Source: an uncultured Verrucomicrobiae bacterium (GTDB taxonomy: Bacteria; Chlamydiota; Chlamydiia; Chlamydiales; Rhabdochlamydiaceae). From it: a stretch of 64,000 bases of DNA. A model generated the notes under the pieces. It had not been told where the DNA came from, searched no databases, and was given only the letters and a program-made list of their open reading frames with translations. Position numbers and translations under genes: made by a program. Shown here piece by piece: positions 39,463 to 48,639 of the stretch (its first letter is position 1; each line of letters begins with the position of its first letter). The stretch spans positions 1-64,000 of the forward strand of contig CAWDYW010000002.1 of the NCBI GenBank assembly GCA_963806855.1. Reading direction: 5' to 3'.

Positions 39463-40575
39463 ATGACAATAGATTATTATCTTTCAGTGGGCTCTCTTAT
39501 TGCGGGTATTGTAACTAATTCCCCATTTCTTAAAGCAGTTCCAACGGCTTTTCGTTTGACTGCCACGTGTTTCCCAAGGCTGTTCCCATTAGGACTAACC
39601 AAAAGCTTTACGAGCGAAGAAGAAGCTAAGCTAGGCAGGATTAAAAATTTATTGCCTGCAATTTGTCAGGATTTAGGAATTAAAGACCCTCACAAAATTA
39701 ATTTGCGCGTGTCCAATCAGTTTGGTGCAAATGCTTACATGATTGGGACCACTAGTTCATTGGGAGGCCCCGTACTTTGTTTAGGCAATACCTATTTTGA
39801 AAAGTATGAATCGTTAGCAACTCCTGACAATAGCAGCTTTAGTAAATGGCTCTCTCTTTTTAAAAAAGAATCGTTAGCAACTACTGACAATAGCGAGTTT
39901 AGTAAATGGCTCGCGCTCTTAGAGGAAATACCCAATACTCCTACTGAGCTCGGCAAGTACATTGATAGCTGTAGTCAAGAAAAACGCAAGCAGATCAAAG
40001 ACTTTGCTAAAAAATTTAAAGATGTATTGTCTCAAGATGAATTAGAGTCTATGTTAGCCCACGAATTAGGTCATGCAAAGCACCATCATCTTCTAAAATC
40101 TTCTGGTATTTTATTGTTAATTTTTACTGCAGATAAACTTGCACAGGTCTTCGCCAATTCTATAGGCTTCGAAATTCTATATAACTTTGCTTCTATACCG
40201 CTAGTATATCTAACATTCAAGGCTATTTCGAGGTCGCATGAGACAGAAGCCGATGGAGAATGTGCTGTCAAAAGTAAATATCAAAAGGGGATGTTAAAAT
40301 TTCATAAAAAAGAATTGATTAATGATTTGTTTGAAAAAACATCTTCTTCTTTTGAAAGCAAAGTGTCTGCGATGATTCAGAAAGGTGAATGGACTTCGAC
40401 CCATCCCAATGCAGCAAAACGACTGGCACATGCTGTGCAGCTCTCACAAAAACAAAACCATCCGACAACTGCGATGACTAATGTAGCATGGGCATTGGCT
40501 GGCTTAGGAGTACTAAGTCTAATCGAAATGTGTTTTTTGGATGCTAGACAAATTTGGAATGCCGCTAGGGTATAA
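39463..40575 (+). CDS. M48-like zinc metalloprotease
   Basis: ANAY, LAHELGH (HExxH), SRSHETEAD, STHP. Confidence 0.85.
   Translation: MTIDYYLSVGSLIAGIVTNSPFLKAVPTAFRLTATCFPRLFPLGLTKSFTSEEEAKLGRIKNLLPAICQDLGIKDPHKINLRVSNQFGANAYMIGTTSSLGGPVLCLGNTYFEKYESLATPDNSSFSKWLSLFKKESLATTDNSEFSKWLALLEEIPNTPTELGKYIDSCSQEKRKQIKDFAKKFKDVLSQDELESMLAHELGHAKHHHLLKSSGILLLIFTADKLAQVFANSIGFEILYNFASIPLVYLTFKAISRSHETEADGECAVKSKYQKGMLKFHKKELINDLFEKTSSSFESKVSAMIQKGEWTSTHPNAAKRLAHAVQLSQKQNHPTTAMTNVAWALAGLGVLSLIEMCFLDARQIWNAARV
39808..39919 (+). repeat. 60-bp-period in-frame tandem duplication within the M48 gene
   Basis: gaatcgttagcaact(c/a)ctgacaatagc...tttagtaaatggctc repeated at 39808 and 39868. Confidence 0.9.
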
Positions 40576-40586
40576 AGAGTGGAAAA

Positions 40587-41171
40587 ATGCGAAATCACTT
40601 CATTACTCCTGACGGACAGGCTTTTAAAGCAGAGAATTTTACTAAGAAATCGTTTGAATCTCAAGAATTTGCAGATTGTTCCTTCCAAAATTGCGACTTT
40701 ACTGAAAGTCTTTTGCTAAAAACTCAATTTAATTCGTGTTCTTTCCAAAATTGCAACTTTAGTTTAGTTAAACTTGATGGGTGTCGCATCCAAAATGCGC
40801 AGTTTATAGATTGCAAAATGGTAGGAGCAGAATTTTTTAAATGCGATAAGACATTTTTTTCAGCAAATTTCTGGAATTGTCTTCTTCAATATTGTAATTT
40901 TTCCGATCTCAACATGAAGAACACGTCTTTTTCTAAGAGTAAAATTAAGGAAGGGCATTTCACTAATACTGTGCTTATAGGGGCTAACTTTGACGAGGTT
41001 GATTTGTCCGGGACTGCTTTTCACAATTGCAACTTATCTAAAGCGGATTTTTCTAAAGCCTTCAATTACGATATCAATCCTACAACCAACAATATAAAGA
41101 AGGCGAAATTTTCGCTTCCCGAAGCTGTCGGTTTGTTGCGTGGCTTTGATATTATCATTGGATCAGATTGA
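40587..41171 (+). CDS. Pentapeptide repeat protein (Qnr/MfpA-like)
   Basis: Continuous (C/A/T)xFxx repeats, NLSKADF, IKKAKFS. Confidence 0.9.
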   Translation: MRNHFITPDGQAFKAENFTKKSFESQEFADCSFQNCDFTESLLLKTQFNSCSFQNCNFSLVKLDGCRIQNAQFIDCKMVGAEFFKCDKTFFSANFWNCLLQYCNFSDLNMKNTSFSKSKIKEGHFTNTVLIGANFDEVDLSGTAFHNCNLSKADFSKAFNYDINPTTNNIKKAKFSLPEAVGLLRGFDIIIGSD

Positions 41172-41338
41172 TGAAAATTGATGTTCGATGCACCAGATAC
41201 CGAAACAACTTGAAAAACTGATCGACAAGACTATTTGGGGACCTGAGTGGCTGCTCTTCACTCGAGCCTAATTTTTTAAAATATTTTGCTTTCAAGTAAT
41301 TGATTTGATAGGATCCTTACATCAATGAATTTTTCGAT

Positions 41339-42400
41339 ATGAGGCTCATAATGAATCAAAAACACCTAGTTGCTGGACTATTGGCAGGCTTAATTTCAAC
41401 ACTCTCTTCAACCATGCATGCAGAAGATTGCTGCTTACCTTGTTATACGCCTGCAGAACCACTCTGTGATTCTTGCGCTGGATACGGTGAATACGCAGGA
41501 GTACAATTAGATTGCGCTTGGGATGTCTACACATTTGGCGAGTTTTTATATTGGGCGCCTATTCGCTCTAGTGGACTCGTTGTAGTCACCAATCAAAATG
41601 ATGCACCAGTGAACACTCGAAAAGAGCTTTCAAGCCACTGGGGCTATCGTCCTGCCTTCCGAGTTGGCCTGGGGGCGACATTCCATTGTTTTGATGATTG
41701 GACGTTCAATCTTGACTATTTACGTTTCAACCATCATTACCGACAAACCAATAGTGTTACTGCCCCTGTCACCATTACAACCAATCTAGGTACCGCTATT
41801 TTAAATTTTGGGCTCTTAAATAGCTTCAATTACACTTCCATTACAACCAAATCAGGATACGCCCTTGATGAAGTCAATTTGAATATTCAGAGAGCAAACT
41901 ATTTTGGGCAAACAGTTATTTTATACCCTTTTTTCGGTTTAAAATGGATCAGGCAAAAACAGACAATTTCCCAGCAACTTACAAGGGTTTTTACAGGGGT
42001 AGAAGATCAACAAAGCGTCGCAATCAGTTTGTACGCCATCGGCCCAGATGCTGGACTAAATGGAAGCTGGCTATGGTGTTGGGGATTCAGAATGATTGGA
42101 AAGGCTCAAATAGGTCTCGTGTATACCTATAAGGAAAGCATGCATCAATCTATCGCTGCTACAAATATTGCTATACAAACTCAAAAAGCTAAATACTATC
42201 CTAGCTGTATCATTGGTTACGGTGGCTGGGGTTTTGGCTGGGGCGAGTATTTTTGCAATAACCGATACCACCTGGATATTGCTGCAACATATGATTTTTG
42301 GGTCAATGTGTCGCATGGTACATCAGAACTTACAGGATTTTATGGTCCGAATGGTGTCATGTACCACGGACTAGTAATTCATGGGCAATTCGATTTTTAA
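41339..42400 (+). CDS. MOMP-like / Lpg1974-family outer-membrane protein
   Basis: Signal peptide, Cys-rich N-terminus, GEFLYW, PAFRVGLG, PFFGLKW, terminal GQFDF. Confidence 0.85.
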   Translation: MRLIMNQKHLVAGLLAGLISTLSSTMHAEDCCLPCYTPAEPLCDSCAGYGEYAGVQLDCAWDVYTFGEFLYWAPIRSSGLVVVTNQNDAPVNTRKELSSHWGYRPAFRVGLGATFHCFDDWTFNLDYLRFNHHYRQTNSVTAPVTITTNLGTAILNFGLLNSFNYTSITTKSGYALDEVNLNIQRANYFGQTVILYPFFGLKWIRQKQTISQQLTRVFTGVEDQQSVAISLYAIGPDAGLNGSWLWCWGFRMIGKAQIGLVYTYKESMHQSIAATNIAIQTQKAKYYPSCIIGYGGWGFGWGEYFCNNRYHLDIAATYDFWVNVSHGTSELTGFYGPNGVMYHGLVIHGQFDF

Positions 42401-42412
42401 TAGGAGAAAAAA

Positions 42413-43489
42413 ATGGTTAAAAAATCTATCGCAAATCTATTCATCGGTCTTGGAATTGCCCAGACATTCATCCAGCCTAATGTCTTGGCGGCAGATGAAG
42501 TTGAAAATCTGTCGACTTGCTGTGAAAATGTAGTCGTACCAGGAGAGCCATTAGATCCATGTCTAGTAGGCTCGATATACCCCCTACCTGCTGGCCCAAC
42601 TTTTTCGTGCGGTTGGAATTCTTATGTAAGAGGGGATTTTCTCTATTGGAGTGTTTATCCGGCTGCGCAGGGATATGAAGTTGAAGCAACGACAAACAAT
42701 CACTTAAATTCGAGGATTCTCAATCATCATATCACATGGCGACCTGGATTTAGAGTGGGAATCGGAACTGAAGTCAATGGAGTCTATTTAGATATAGACT
42801 ATACCCAAATTCATTCCCATTCAACAACCCACTACAAAGCACGACAAAATGCCAATCCAGCATTAAGCGAAACTTTGACAATAGTTGCTGTAGCTATAAC
42901 TTTTCCATTCAACTATGTAAAATCGACAATTACTCAAAACTATGACGCAGCAATTTTTTCTGTACAAAAGCCGGTCTATGTTGGAAAACGATTGGTTGTC
43001 ACTCCGAGCATGGGATTGATTGCGTATTGGTCAAAATATAATACCACTTACATTTGCGGCCAATTGAACCAACCTCCTAGTGGTTTCGTACAGAATAAAC
43101 AAAAAAATTGGAACGTGGGACCTACAGTTGCGGTCACAGCAAAAGCCCAACTGGCTTGGGGATTTAGAGGAATAGGGTCATTTGGTTTTTCTGCAGCCTA
43201 TGATCGTCTAAAATCTCGTTCCGTTCTCTCAGTTCCGGGTGCACAACCTGCGCTCATCAATAATACGACTCAAGAATATGGATATACCCGAAACTCAGCT
43301 GTACAAGCTAAAGCAGAACTCGGGATCGGTTGGGAAAGTTACTTCTGGTGCGATCGGTATCACGCAAGCATCGAGGTTTTGTATGCTGAAAACTATACAG
43401 CATTCACCCCTTTCAGAGATATTCAAGGGATTCAAGTTGAACCTTTGCAGATGAGAGGACTTGTTGTAGGCGGCAGTTTAGATTTTTGA
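42413..43489 (+). CDS. MOMP-like / Lpg1974-family outer-membrane protein
   Basis: GDFLYW, PGFRVGIG, LGIGWESY, terminal GSLDF. Confidence 0.85.
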   Translation: MVKKSIANLFIGLGIAQTFIQPNVLAADEVENLSTCCENVVVPGEPLDPCLVGSIYPLPAGPTFSCGWNSYVRGDFLYWSVYPAAQGYEVEATTNNHLNSRILNHHITWRPGFRVGIGTEVNGVYLDIDYTQIHSHSTTHYKARQNANPALSETLTIVAVAITFPFNYVKSTITQNYDAAIFSVQKPVYVGKRLVVTPSMGLIAYWSKYNTTYICGQLNQPPSGFVQNKQKNWNVGPTVAVTAKAQLAWGFRGIGSFGFSAAYDRLKSRSVLSVPGAQPALINNTTQEYGYTRNSAVQAKAELGIGWESYFWCDRYHASIEVLYAENYTAFTPFRDIQGIQVEPLQMRGLVVGGSLDF

Positions 43490-43519
43490 GCAATACCGGA
43501 GAATATTTAGGAGTAAAAG

Positions 43520-44584
43520 ATGTTAAAAAACACGATGATTATTTTAATGGCAAGTTTGCCAATTATGGGATTTGCAGATGAGGGATCTCAGATCGGCTCG
43601 TGCGAATGCCCCCTAATCCCTGGTGAGCCCATCGAGTCTTGTCAAGTGCCAGCAGGCTATTTTTATCCAGCAGAATATGCGGTATACGGGTGTAGTAACT
43701 ATCACTTAACATTTTCTGCCGATCTATTGCTTTGGGCTTATAACCGCGATGGTTTTAATGATCTTGGGCAACTACAAACCACTACAGGAATTACAACGGC
43801 AACAAAGATTTTAACTCACACAGTAGGGTACCAGCCTTCATTCAGATTGACTGCTGCGCTTACTCTCCCGTGCTACGATAACTGGACCTTGCAAGCAAAC
43901 TATATTTGGTACCACCATAAGAAAACAAAACATTTTCACACGACTGGGAATCAACTGATTCAACCTCGATCACAGAACTTTCCAACGATAGTTAATGCAA
44001 CCGCTATGAAGTCGGAATTTAAAGTCGGCTTAGATATTCTAGATTTGACTGTCGGACGAGAGTTTTATCTTTCACAACGCATTATTATACTTCCATTCTT
44101 TGGTCTTAGGGCTTGGTGGAGTACGCAGCATGAAAATTTAACATTTTTCGTCCCCGATCGCCCTTTTTCAACCAATTTCACAAGAGCTGGTTATTGGGGA
44201 GTTGGACCTTTTGCCGGTGCCGATATCAGGGGCTTAGTCTGGTGTGGATCTTATCTACTTGCAAGAGCTGGTGTCTCTATTCCTTATTCGCCTGATCGTA
44301 AATACAAAGTCGTAAAGAACTTTCCAACCTCTATTCCTCCAGTAGTGAATACGGAGAAAATTGGACCCCATCCATCGCATTATCCCTATATGTATCCAAT
44401 GACTGAGGCTGGCATTGGTCTAGGTTGGGGAACTTACCTCTGTGGTTGTGCCTATCACATCGATATCAAAGCCACCTATGAAGTCTATACCTGTAGCTTC
44501 TTAGAATATGGAAATTCAGCGGGAAATCCAGTTCGAGAGAACACAATTCAAGGATTTTCAATCGGAGGTCAATTCGATTTCTAA
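43520..44584 (+). CDS. MOMP-like / Lpg1974-family outer-membrane protein
   Basis: ADLLLW, PFFGLRAW, YWGVGP, GLGWGTY, terminal GQFDF. Confidence 0.85.
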   Translation: MLKNTMIILMASLPIMGFADEGSQIGSCECPLIPGEPIESCQVPAGYFYPAEYAVYGCSNYHLTFSADLLLWAYNRDGFNDLGQLQTTTGITTATKILTHTVGYQPSFRLTAALTLPCYDNWTLQANYIWYHHKKTKHFHTTGNQLIQPRSQNFPTIVNATAMKSEFKVGLDILDLTVGREFYLSQRIIILPFFGLRAWWSTQHENLTFFVPDRPFSTNFTRAGYWGVGPFAGADIRGLVWCGSYLLARAGVSIPYSPDRKYKVVKNFPTSIPPVVNTEKIGPHPSHYPYMYPMTEAGIGLGWGTYLCGCAYHIDIKATYEVYTCSFLEYGNSAGNPVRENTIQGFSIGGQFDF

Positions 44585-44782
44585 ATAATCCTTTAGATCT
44601 TCATTTCCCAAACTGTGAATTTGGACCCAGACGAAAGCTCTCGCGGTTCCAAATTCACACTTTTTTTTTGGGGGGGGGGTATATGAAGTCGGTTTTTCGA
44701 ATTGTTTTATTGATGAAGCCTGCATGAAAAGCTTGAAATGAAAATTAGATCTATAGTTCATTAAGGCAAAGATCAGGAATTC

Positions 44783-45907
44783 ATGGCACGTTTTATACGC
44801 CCCGCTTCATTAAGATTGCCCGATGAAAAAATTGAAAGGCATACGACGTGGCTGGAAATATTTTTTGATCTGATCTTCGCCGTGATTGTGGTCCAACTTT
44901 CAGACAGATTGTCCAATAATTTTACCCTTACCGGACTCTTTCAATGTGCAGCTTTGCTTATTCCTTCTATGTGGACCTGGGTGAGTTACACTGTATTTGC
45001 AGCACGTTTTGATAACAATGATGTTATTCACTGGATAATGACATTCATTATTATGTTTGCAGGTGCGGTGATGGCGATACACATTCCTACGGCGCTAGAA
45101 GATGGCGGAACCGGATTTTCTATTGGCTTTATCATTTCACAAATTTCTTTGCTTTTTCTTTACTTAAGGCCTCTTCACGACAAGACTGTTCCGAAACATT
45201 TCACCCATTTTTATATCATTGGATTTGGATCGGCGCTAATTTGTTGGATCGTTTCATTATTTTTTGATCCGCCGCATAAGTTTATTTTCTGGACCTTAGG
45301 TATGTCTATTTACCTGTCCATACCCTGGATTGGCAGAAAGAAGGTTCTATCGAAAGTGCCACTTGATACTGTCTATTTTCCTGAACGATTTGGAGCGTTC
45401 ACTGTCATTGTTTTAGGACAAATGATCACTGCTGTCGTGGTTGGTCTGAAGTCCGCAAGTTGGCATCCTTCGGCTGTCGTAACCAGTATCATGGCCTTTG
45501 CATTAGCAATATTAATCTGGGGACAGTATTACCTGTTTACTCAAATAGCCGACTATAAATGCACACTAGGTTCCGGCCAGCCCTACATTTACAGTCATAT
45601 TCCATTGATTATCAGCTTGCTGATTCTTGGTAGTTGCGCACAGGAATTCATACCAAACACCGAAATACACTCGAATGTAAAAAACATCTTCTGTTTTTCA
45701 ATCATTTTATATCTGACTTCATTTTGTCTTCTTCAGTACATTGCTATACCAAAATTTAAAATTCGAGGAGTGGTATATCTGGGAGCCATCTCTGCAATAT
45801 TGGGCTTATTTTACTTGTACCCTCTTTCACCGATGATCATCATGATTGGAATAGTGCTCATTTTTATAGCGCTCTTTGCAACGCAATACCGGTTTGGATT
45901 CAAATGA
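44783..45907 (+). CDS. ltrA: Low temperature requirement protein A family membrane protein
   Basis: RHTTWLEIFFDLIF, ARFDNND, PERFGAFTVIVLG, YIYSHIP. Confidence 0.88.
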   Translation: MARFIRPASLRLPDEKIERHTTWLEIFFDLIFAVIVVQLSDRLSNNFTLTGLFQCAALLIPSMWTWVSYTVFAARFDNNDVIHWIMTFIIMFAGAVMAIHIPTALEDGGTGFSIGFIISQISLLFLYLRPLHDKTVPKHFTHFYIIGFGSALICWIVSLFFDPPHKFIFWTLGMSIYLSIPWIGRKKVLSKVPLDTVYFPERFGAFTVIVLGQMITAVVVGLKSASWHPSAVVTSIMAFALAILIWGQYYLFTQIADYKCTLGSGQPYIYSHIPLIISLLILGSCAQEFIPNTEIHSNVKNIFCFSIILYLTSFCLLQYIAIPKFKIRGVVYLGAISAILGLFYLYPLSPMIIMIGIVLIFIALFATQYRFGFK

Positions 45908-45967
45908 ACAAAAAATATGACATAAATCGGCCAATTCTTGTGACAGGCGCAGCACCGCCGCCACTTC

Positions 45968-46417
45968 TCAGCGGCTAATTTCGTAGCTAGGGAAAGTTCG
46001 ATAATGAACACCTTCTTCTTGCGGAAGGTATGCGCCTGTGCTGTAATCTGTTTCGTGGGCTTGTTGCATAGCCTCTGCTTCAAGACCTACCCACCCACCG
46101 CTTTGAAATGCAACTCCATACAGATTTTTCTCTGGGAGCCATCTCTTTTCCTCATTTTTCAATTTTCGCGATACTCTCATAGGCAAAAATTCGCGAATGG
46201 TCATTCCTCCTCCCTCAACAAGCGCACGATGCATTTTCGCTACGAAAAGTTGTTTATGTCCAACGTGATAGCCAATTTGTCCATTTGCTTGAATATCGAT
46301 TGTAAATGGCTGGTCTCCTATGACAAGAGTGATTATCTTGTCTCCTGGAATTTGCAAAATACAACGAAGCAAGGTCTGAATGGTTTGCGAATCGCTATGA
46401 GTGGTCTGAGTATTCAT
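45968..46417 (-). CDS. Hypothetical protein (start MNTQTT)
   Basis: RBS aggag upstream; follows the RNA ligase gene on the same strand. Confidence 0.55.
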   Translation of the reverse strand: MNTQTTHSDSQTIQTLLRCILQIPGDKIITLVIGDQPFTIDIQANGQIGYHVGHKQLFVAKMHRALVEGGGMTIREFLPMRVSRKLKNEEKRWLPEKNLYGVAFQSGGWVGLEAEAMQQAHETDYSTGAYLPQEEGVHYRTFPSYEISR

Positions 46418-46506
46418 TTGTTCTCCTACAATAAAATTCATATGCGTTCAATAAATGACGATTTATACCCCGCCCTGCCCAAAAGTGTGAATTTGGACCC
46501 ATCCCG

Positions 46507-47148
46507 TTATTCCCCATGTCGAGGGCCTTCGTACCAATCGAACATGTCTCTTCGAAGTTTTGCCATTTGGCCATTGGGATGGACAAAGATCAGCCCTTCA
46601 GCGATAACTTGCTTTTTAAAGACTCTTTCAGTGAAGAGGCTGCTTAAGGTTTTGAACCAGTTACTAATCGTGTCATAATCTTTGGGATATTTATCCTGTA
46701 CCCAAGACTTCCAGTGACATTTTTCCTCGAGATAGCTGAAAGGAACAAAGAGGGGATGAGGGGTTTCATGAAGATTGGTATTGATATCTGGGCCGATTAA
46801 CTCCCCATAAATAGGTCCATCGCCAAATGGTTCCAACCACCCTTTTTCAGCAGCATTGAGCACTCCTAAAAGAAAACGGCTTTTCTTCCCGTTGTCTTTT
46901 GTAGAGATGTCGATGGGTTCTTGAAGGATTCGGGTAGTCCGATTGTCAATGGCAACCACACTCCCATTTTTTATGTGCACACAAATATTGGTGCCGTGCA
47001 ACTTATCAACTGCTCGAACTCCACTCTCAAAAACCCATTCGTACCCTTCTTCTATTTCAGAAGTTGTAATGTACTCATCTTTCTCGTTGAGAATACGCTT
47101 AAAAGGGCTTTTGATTTTTGGAAAATCTATAATTGGCGGATGGTTCAT
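46507..47148 (-). CDS. ATP-dependent RNA ligase family protein (stand-alone nucleotidyltransferase domain)
   Basis: Motif I DKLHGTN, motif III YGELIGP, motif IV EGLIF, motif V MAKLR; N-terminal PKIKSPFKR. Confidence 0.82.
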   Translation of the reverse strand: MNHPPIIDFPKIKSPFKRILNEKDEYITTSEIEEGYEWVFESGVRAVDKLHGTNICVHIKNGSVVAIDNRTTRILQEPIDISTKDNGKKSRFLLGVLNAAEKGWLEPFGDGPIYGELIGPDINTNLHETPHPLFVPFSYLEEKCHWKSWVQDKYPKDYDTISNWFKTLSSLFTERVFKKQVIAEGLIFVHPNGQMAKLRRDMFDWYEGPRHGE

Positions 47149-47209
47149 GCCGAATATGATAACGATTATTTGGAAAAAATTCAATATTCATATGCTTATT
47201 TTTTAAAAA

Positions 47210-47251
47210 TGGGGCAACATGGGATTGAAGCGAGGGCCGATGGGTATAGAG
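47210..47251 (-). mobile_element. Degenerate tRNA(CAT) 3' fragment, candidate att scar
   Basis: tggggcaacatgggattgaagcgagggccgatgggtatagag aligns to the 63655 copy with several substitutions. Confidence 0.6.
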
Positions 47252-47359
47252 GGATTTTGCTTTTCTTTACAAGTCCTTAAAATATGATGATATTGCAAGC
47301 TGAGTCAGGTGCTAATGAGATTTTTTCTCATTAACCATTGTTATTATGCCAGAAAATGC

Positions 47360-47733
47360 TCTGAGGAAAGAATCCCAATCCCCGAACCTGTGGCACTTCT
47401 AAATTCAATTCTCTAAAACGAGTCTTCAGTCTTTTTGGCTTATATCCATTGCATGCCCCATTCTCTCATCACTTCTCTCATGTGATTGAGCCTTTAGAAA
47501 ATGTTCCCTTTCCACTTTCATCGAAGCATTCAACAAAAGTTCGACGATAGGCTTAAGTCCATCAGTTCCTGTATCAATTAATACTTTCGCAATTTCCTCA
47601 ATCACGCTATCCTTAGTACGGCCTGAAATCATATCCATTCTTTTTTCCTTTCTTTAAGCAGTTTGAAAAAAAGAAGTTTGATACTCAGGCCTTTTCTTTG
47701 CCAGGAATTTACAGAAAAAATGTTATACTACCC
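47360..47733 (-). mobile_element. IS256-family remnant: one terminal repeat and a truncated, frameshifted transposase 5' end
   Basis: LLNASMKVEREHFLKAQSHERSDER and KTRFRELNLEVPQVR; end sequence ggtagtataacattttttctgtaaat (47732-47707). Confidence 0.8.
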
Positions 47734-47747
47734 TCTTAGGACTAATA

Positions 47748-48269
47748 ATGAATAAATGGTTCATATCTGATACCCACTTTTCTCATGCCAACATCATCCG
47801 TTACACTGGGCGCCCTTTCCAATCTGTTAACGAGATGGATGAACGGCTTATTGAGAACTGGAATGCTCTTGTTGAGCCACAGGATGTGGTCTTCTTCCTG
47901 GGTGATTTCGGATTAGGTACGACCGACTTTCTTACCAGTCTTTGCGCCCGTCTTCATGGAAATAAGATTTGCATTCGAGGTAACCATGATGGCTCTCCAG
48001 CTAAAATGCATAAGATTGGATTTACGCTTGTCCTAGAGTCAGCTTTCATCAAGATTGGCCGCCACCCAGTCGAACTTGTTCACATCCCCAGTCAGCCCGC
48101 GCCTTCCCATTTTCAACTTCATGGTCATGTTCATGAAAAACGACCCAACAAACTTGTTGATCGCCAACTCAATCTTTCGGTTGAAGTCTGGGATTATAAG
48201 CCTGTTCCCGAAAAGACGATTGTTGCTCTGTTAGATCGTGCAGATAAAAGAGGTGCCTTGGGAAAATGA
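47748..48269 (+). CDS. Calcineurin-like metallophosphoesterase (phage-associated type)
   Basis: SDTHFSH, NWN, LGDF, GNHD, HGHVH. Confidence 0.92.
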   Translation: MNKWFISDTHFSHANIIRYTGRPFQSVNEMDERLIENWNALVEPQDVVFFLGDFGLGTTDFLTSLCARLHGNKICIRGNHDGSPAKMHKIGFTLVLESAFIKIGRHPVELVHIPSQPAPSHFQLHGHVHEKRPNKLVDRQLNLSVEVWDYKPVPEKTIVALLDRADKRGALGK

Positions 48270-48272
48270 GCC

Positions 48273-48301
48273 TTGCTATAAATAGTTAAAACTGATATAA
48301 T
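48273..48301 (+). promoter_or_regulatory. Sigma70-type promoter
   Basis: ttgcta-17 nt-tataat with TGn extension. Confidence 0.7.
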
Positions 48302-48351
48302 CAATTACAACTAGGCGTTTTTTGCCTATAAAACATTAGTAGGAGAATGAT

Positions 48352-48483
48352 ATGTATACTACCCAATTAGACTATGGAGCGCGGTCTTATCCAGCGCAGT
48401 CCAATCTATCCCTTATCCCTGTTTCAATTCTTGTTCTTTCTATCCATCATTCTTTCCATCCTCACGAGCATTCAGCTCAATAA
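48352..48483 (+). CDS. Putative His-rich leader peptide MYTTQLDYGARSYPAQSNLSLIPVSILVLSIHHSFHPHEHSAQ
   Basis: RBS aggag 48341-48345, 6-nt spacer; five His in nine codons near the stop. Confidence 0.65.
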   Translation: MYTTQLDYGARSYPAQSNLSLIPVSILVLSIHHSFHPHEHSAQ

Positions 48484-48639
48484 TTTTTCCATTTTTTATA
48501 GATTTCTGAATTAGTTTTAGTCGCTTGAGATTTTTACTCTCTAGAGCTTCTGCATCTCATTCAGAATAAGAAACTTACTTTACTAAACTTCTTTTCTGCT
48601 CTCATTGGGCGAAAAGATAAAAATTTATTTGAGGATTTT

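Noticed and set aside
46004..46678. 224-aa plus-strand ORF
   Set aside because: It is antisense to the RNA ligase and the 150-aa gene, with no recognisable motifs; treated as a shadow ORF like 4949-5710, 23150-23818 and 52157-52696.
48347..48370. Alternative micro-ORF MICILPN after the same RBS
   Set aside because: Its ATG is only 1 nt from the aggag; the ATG at 48352 has normal spacing.
48384..48480. SAM-I riboswitch suggested by cttatccag
   Set aside because: The downstream conserved elements (GAGGGA, GCAACC, GTGC-AA, closing GATRAG) are absent; the stretch is better explained as the His leader ORF.
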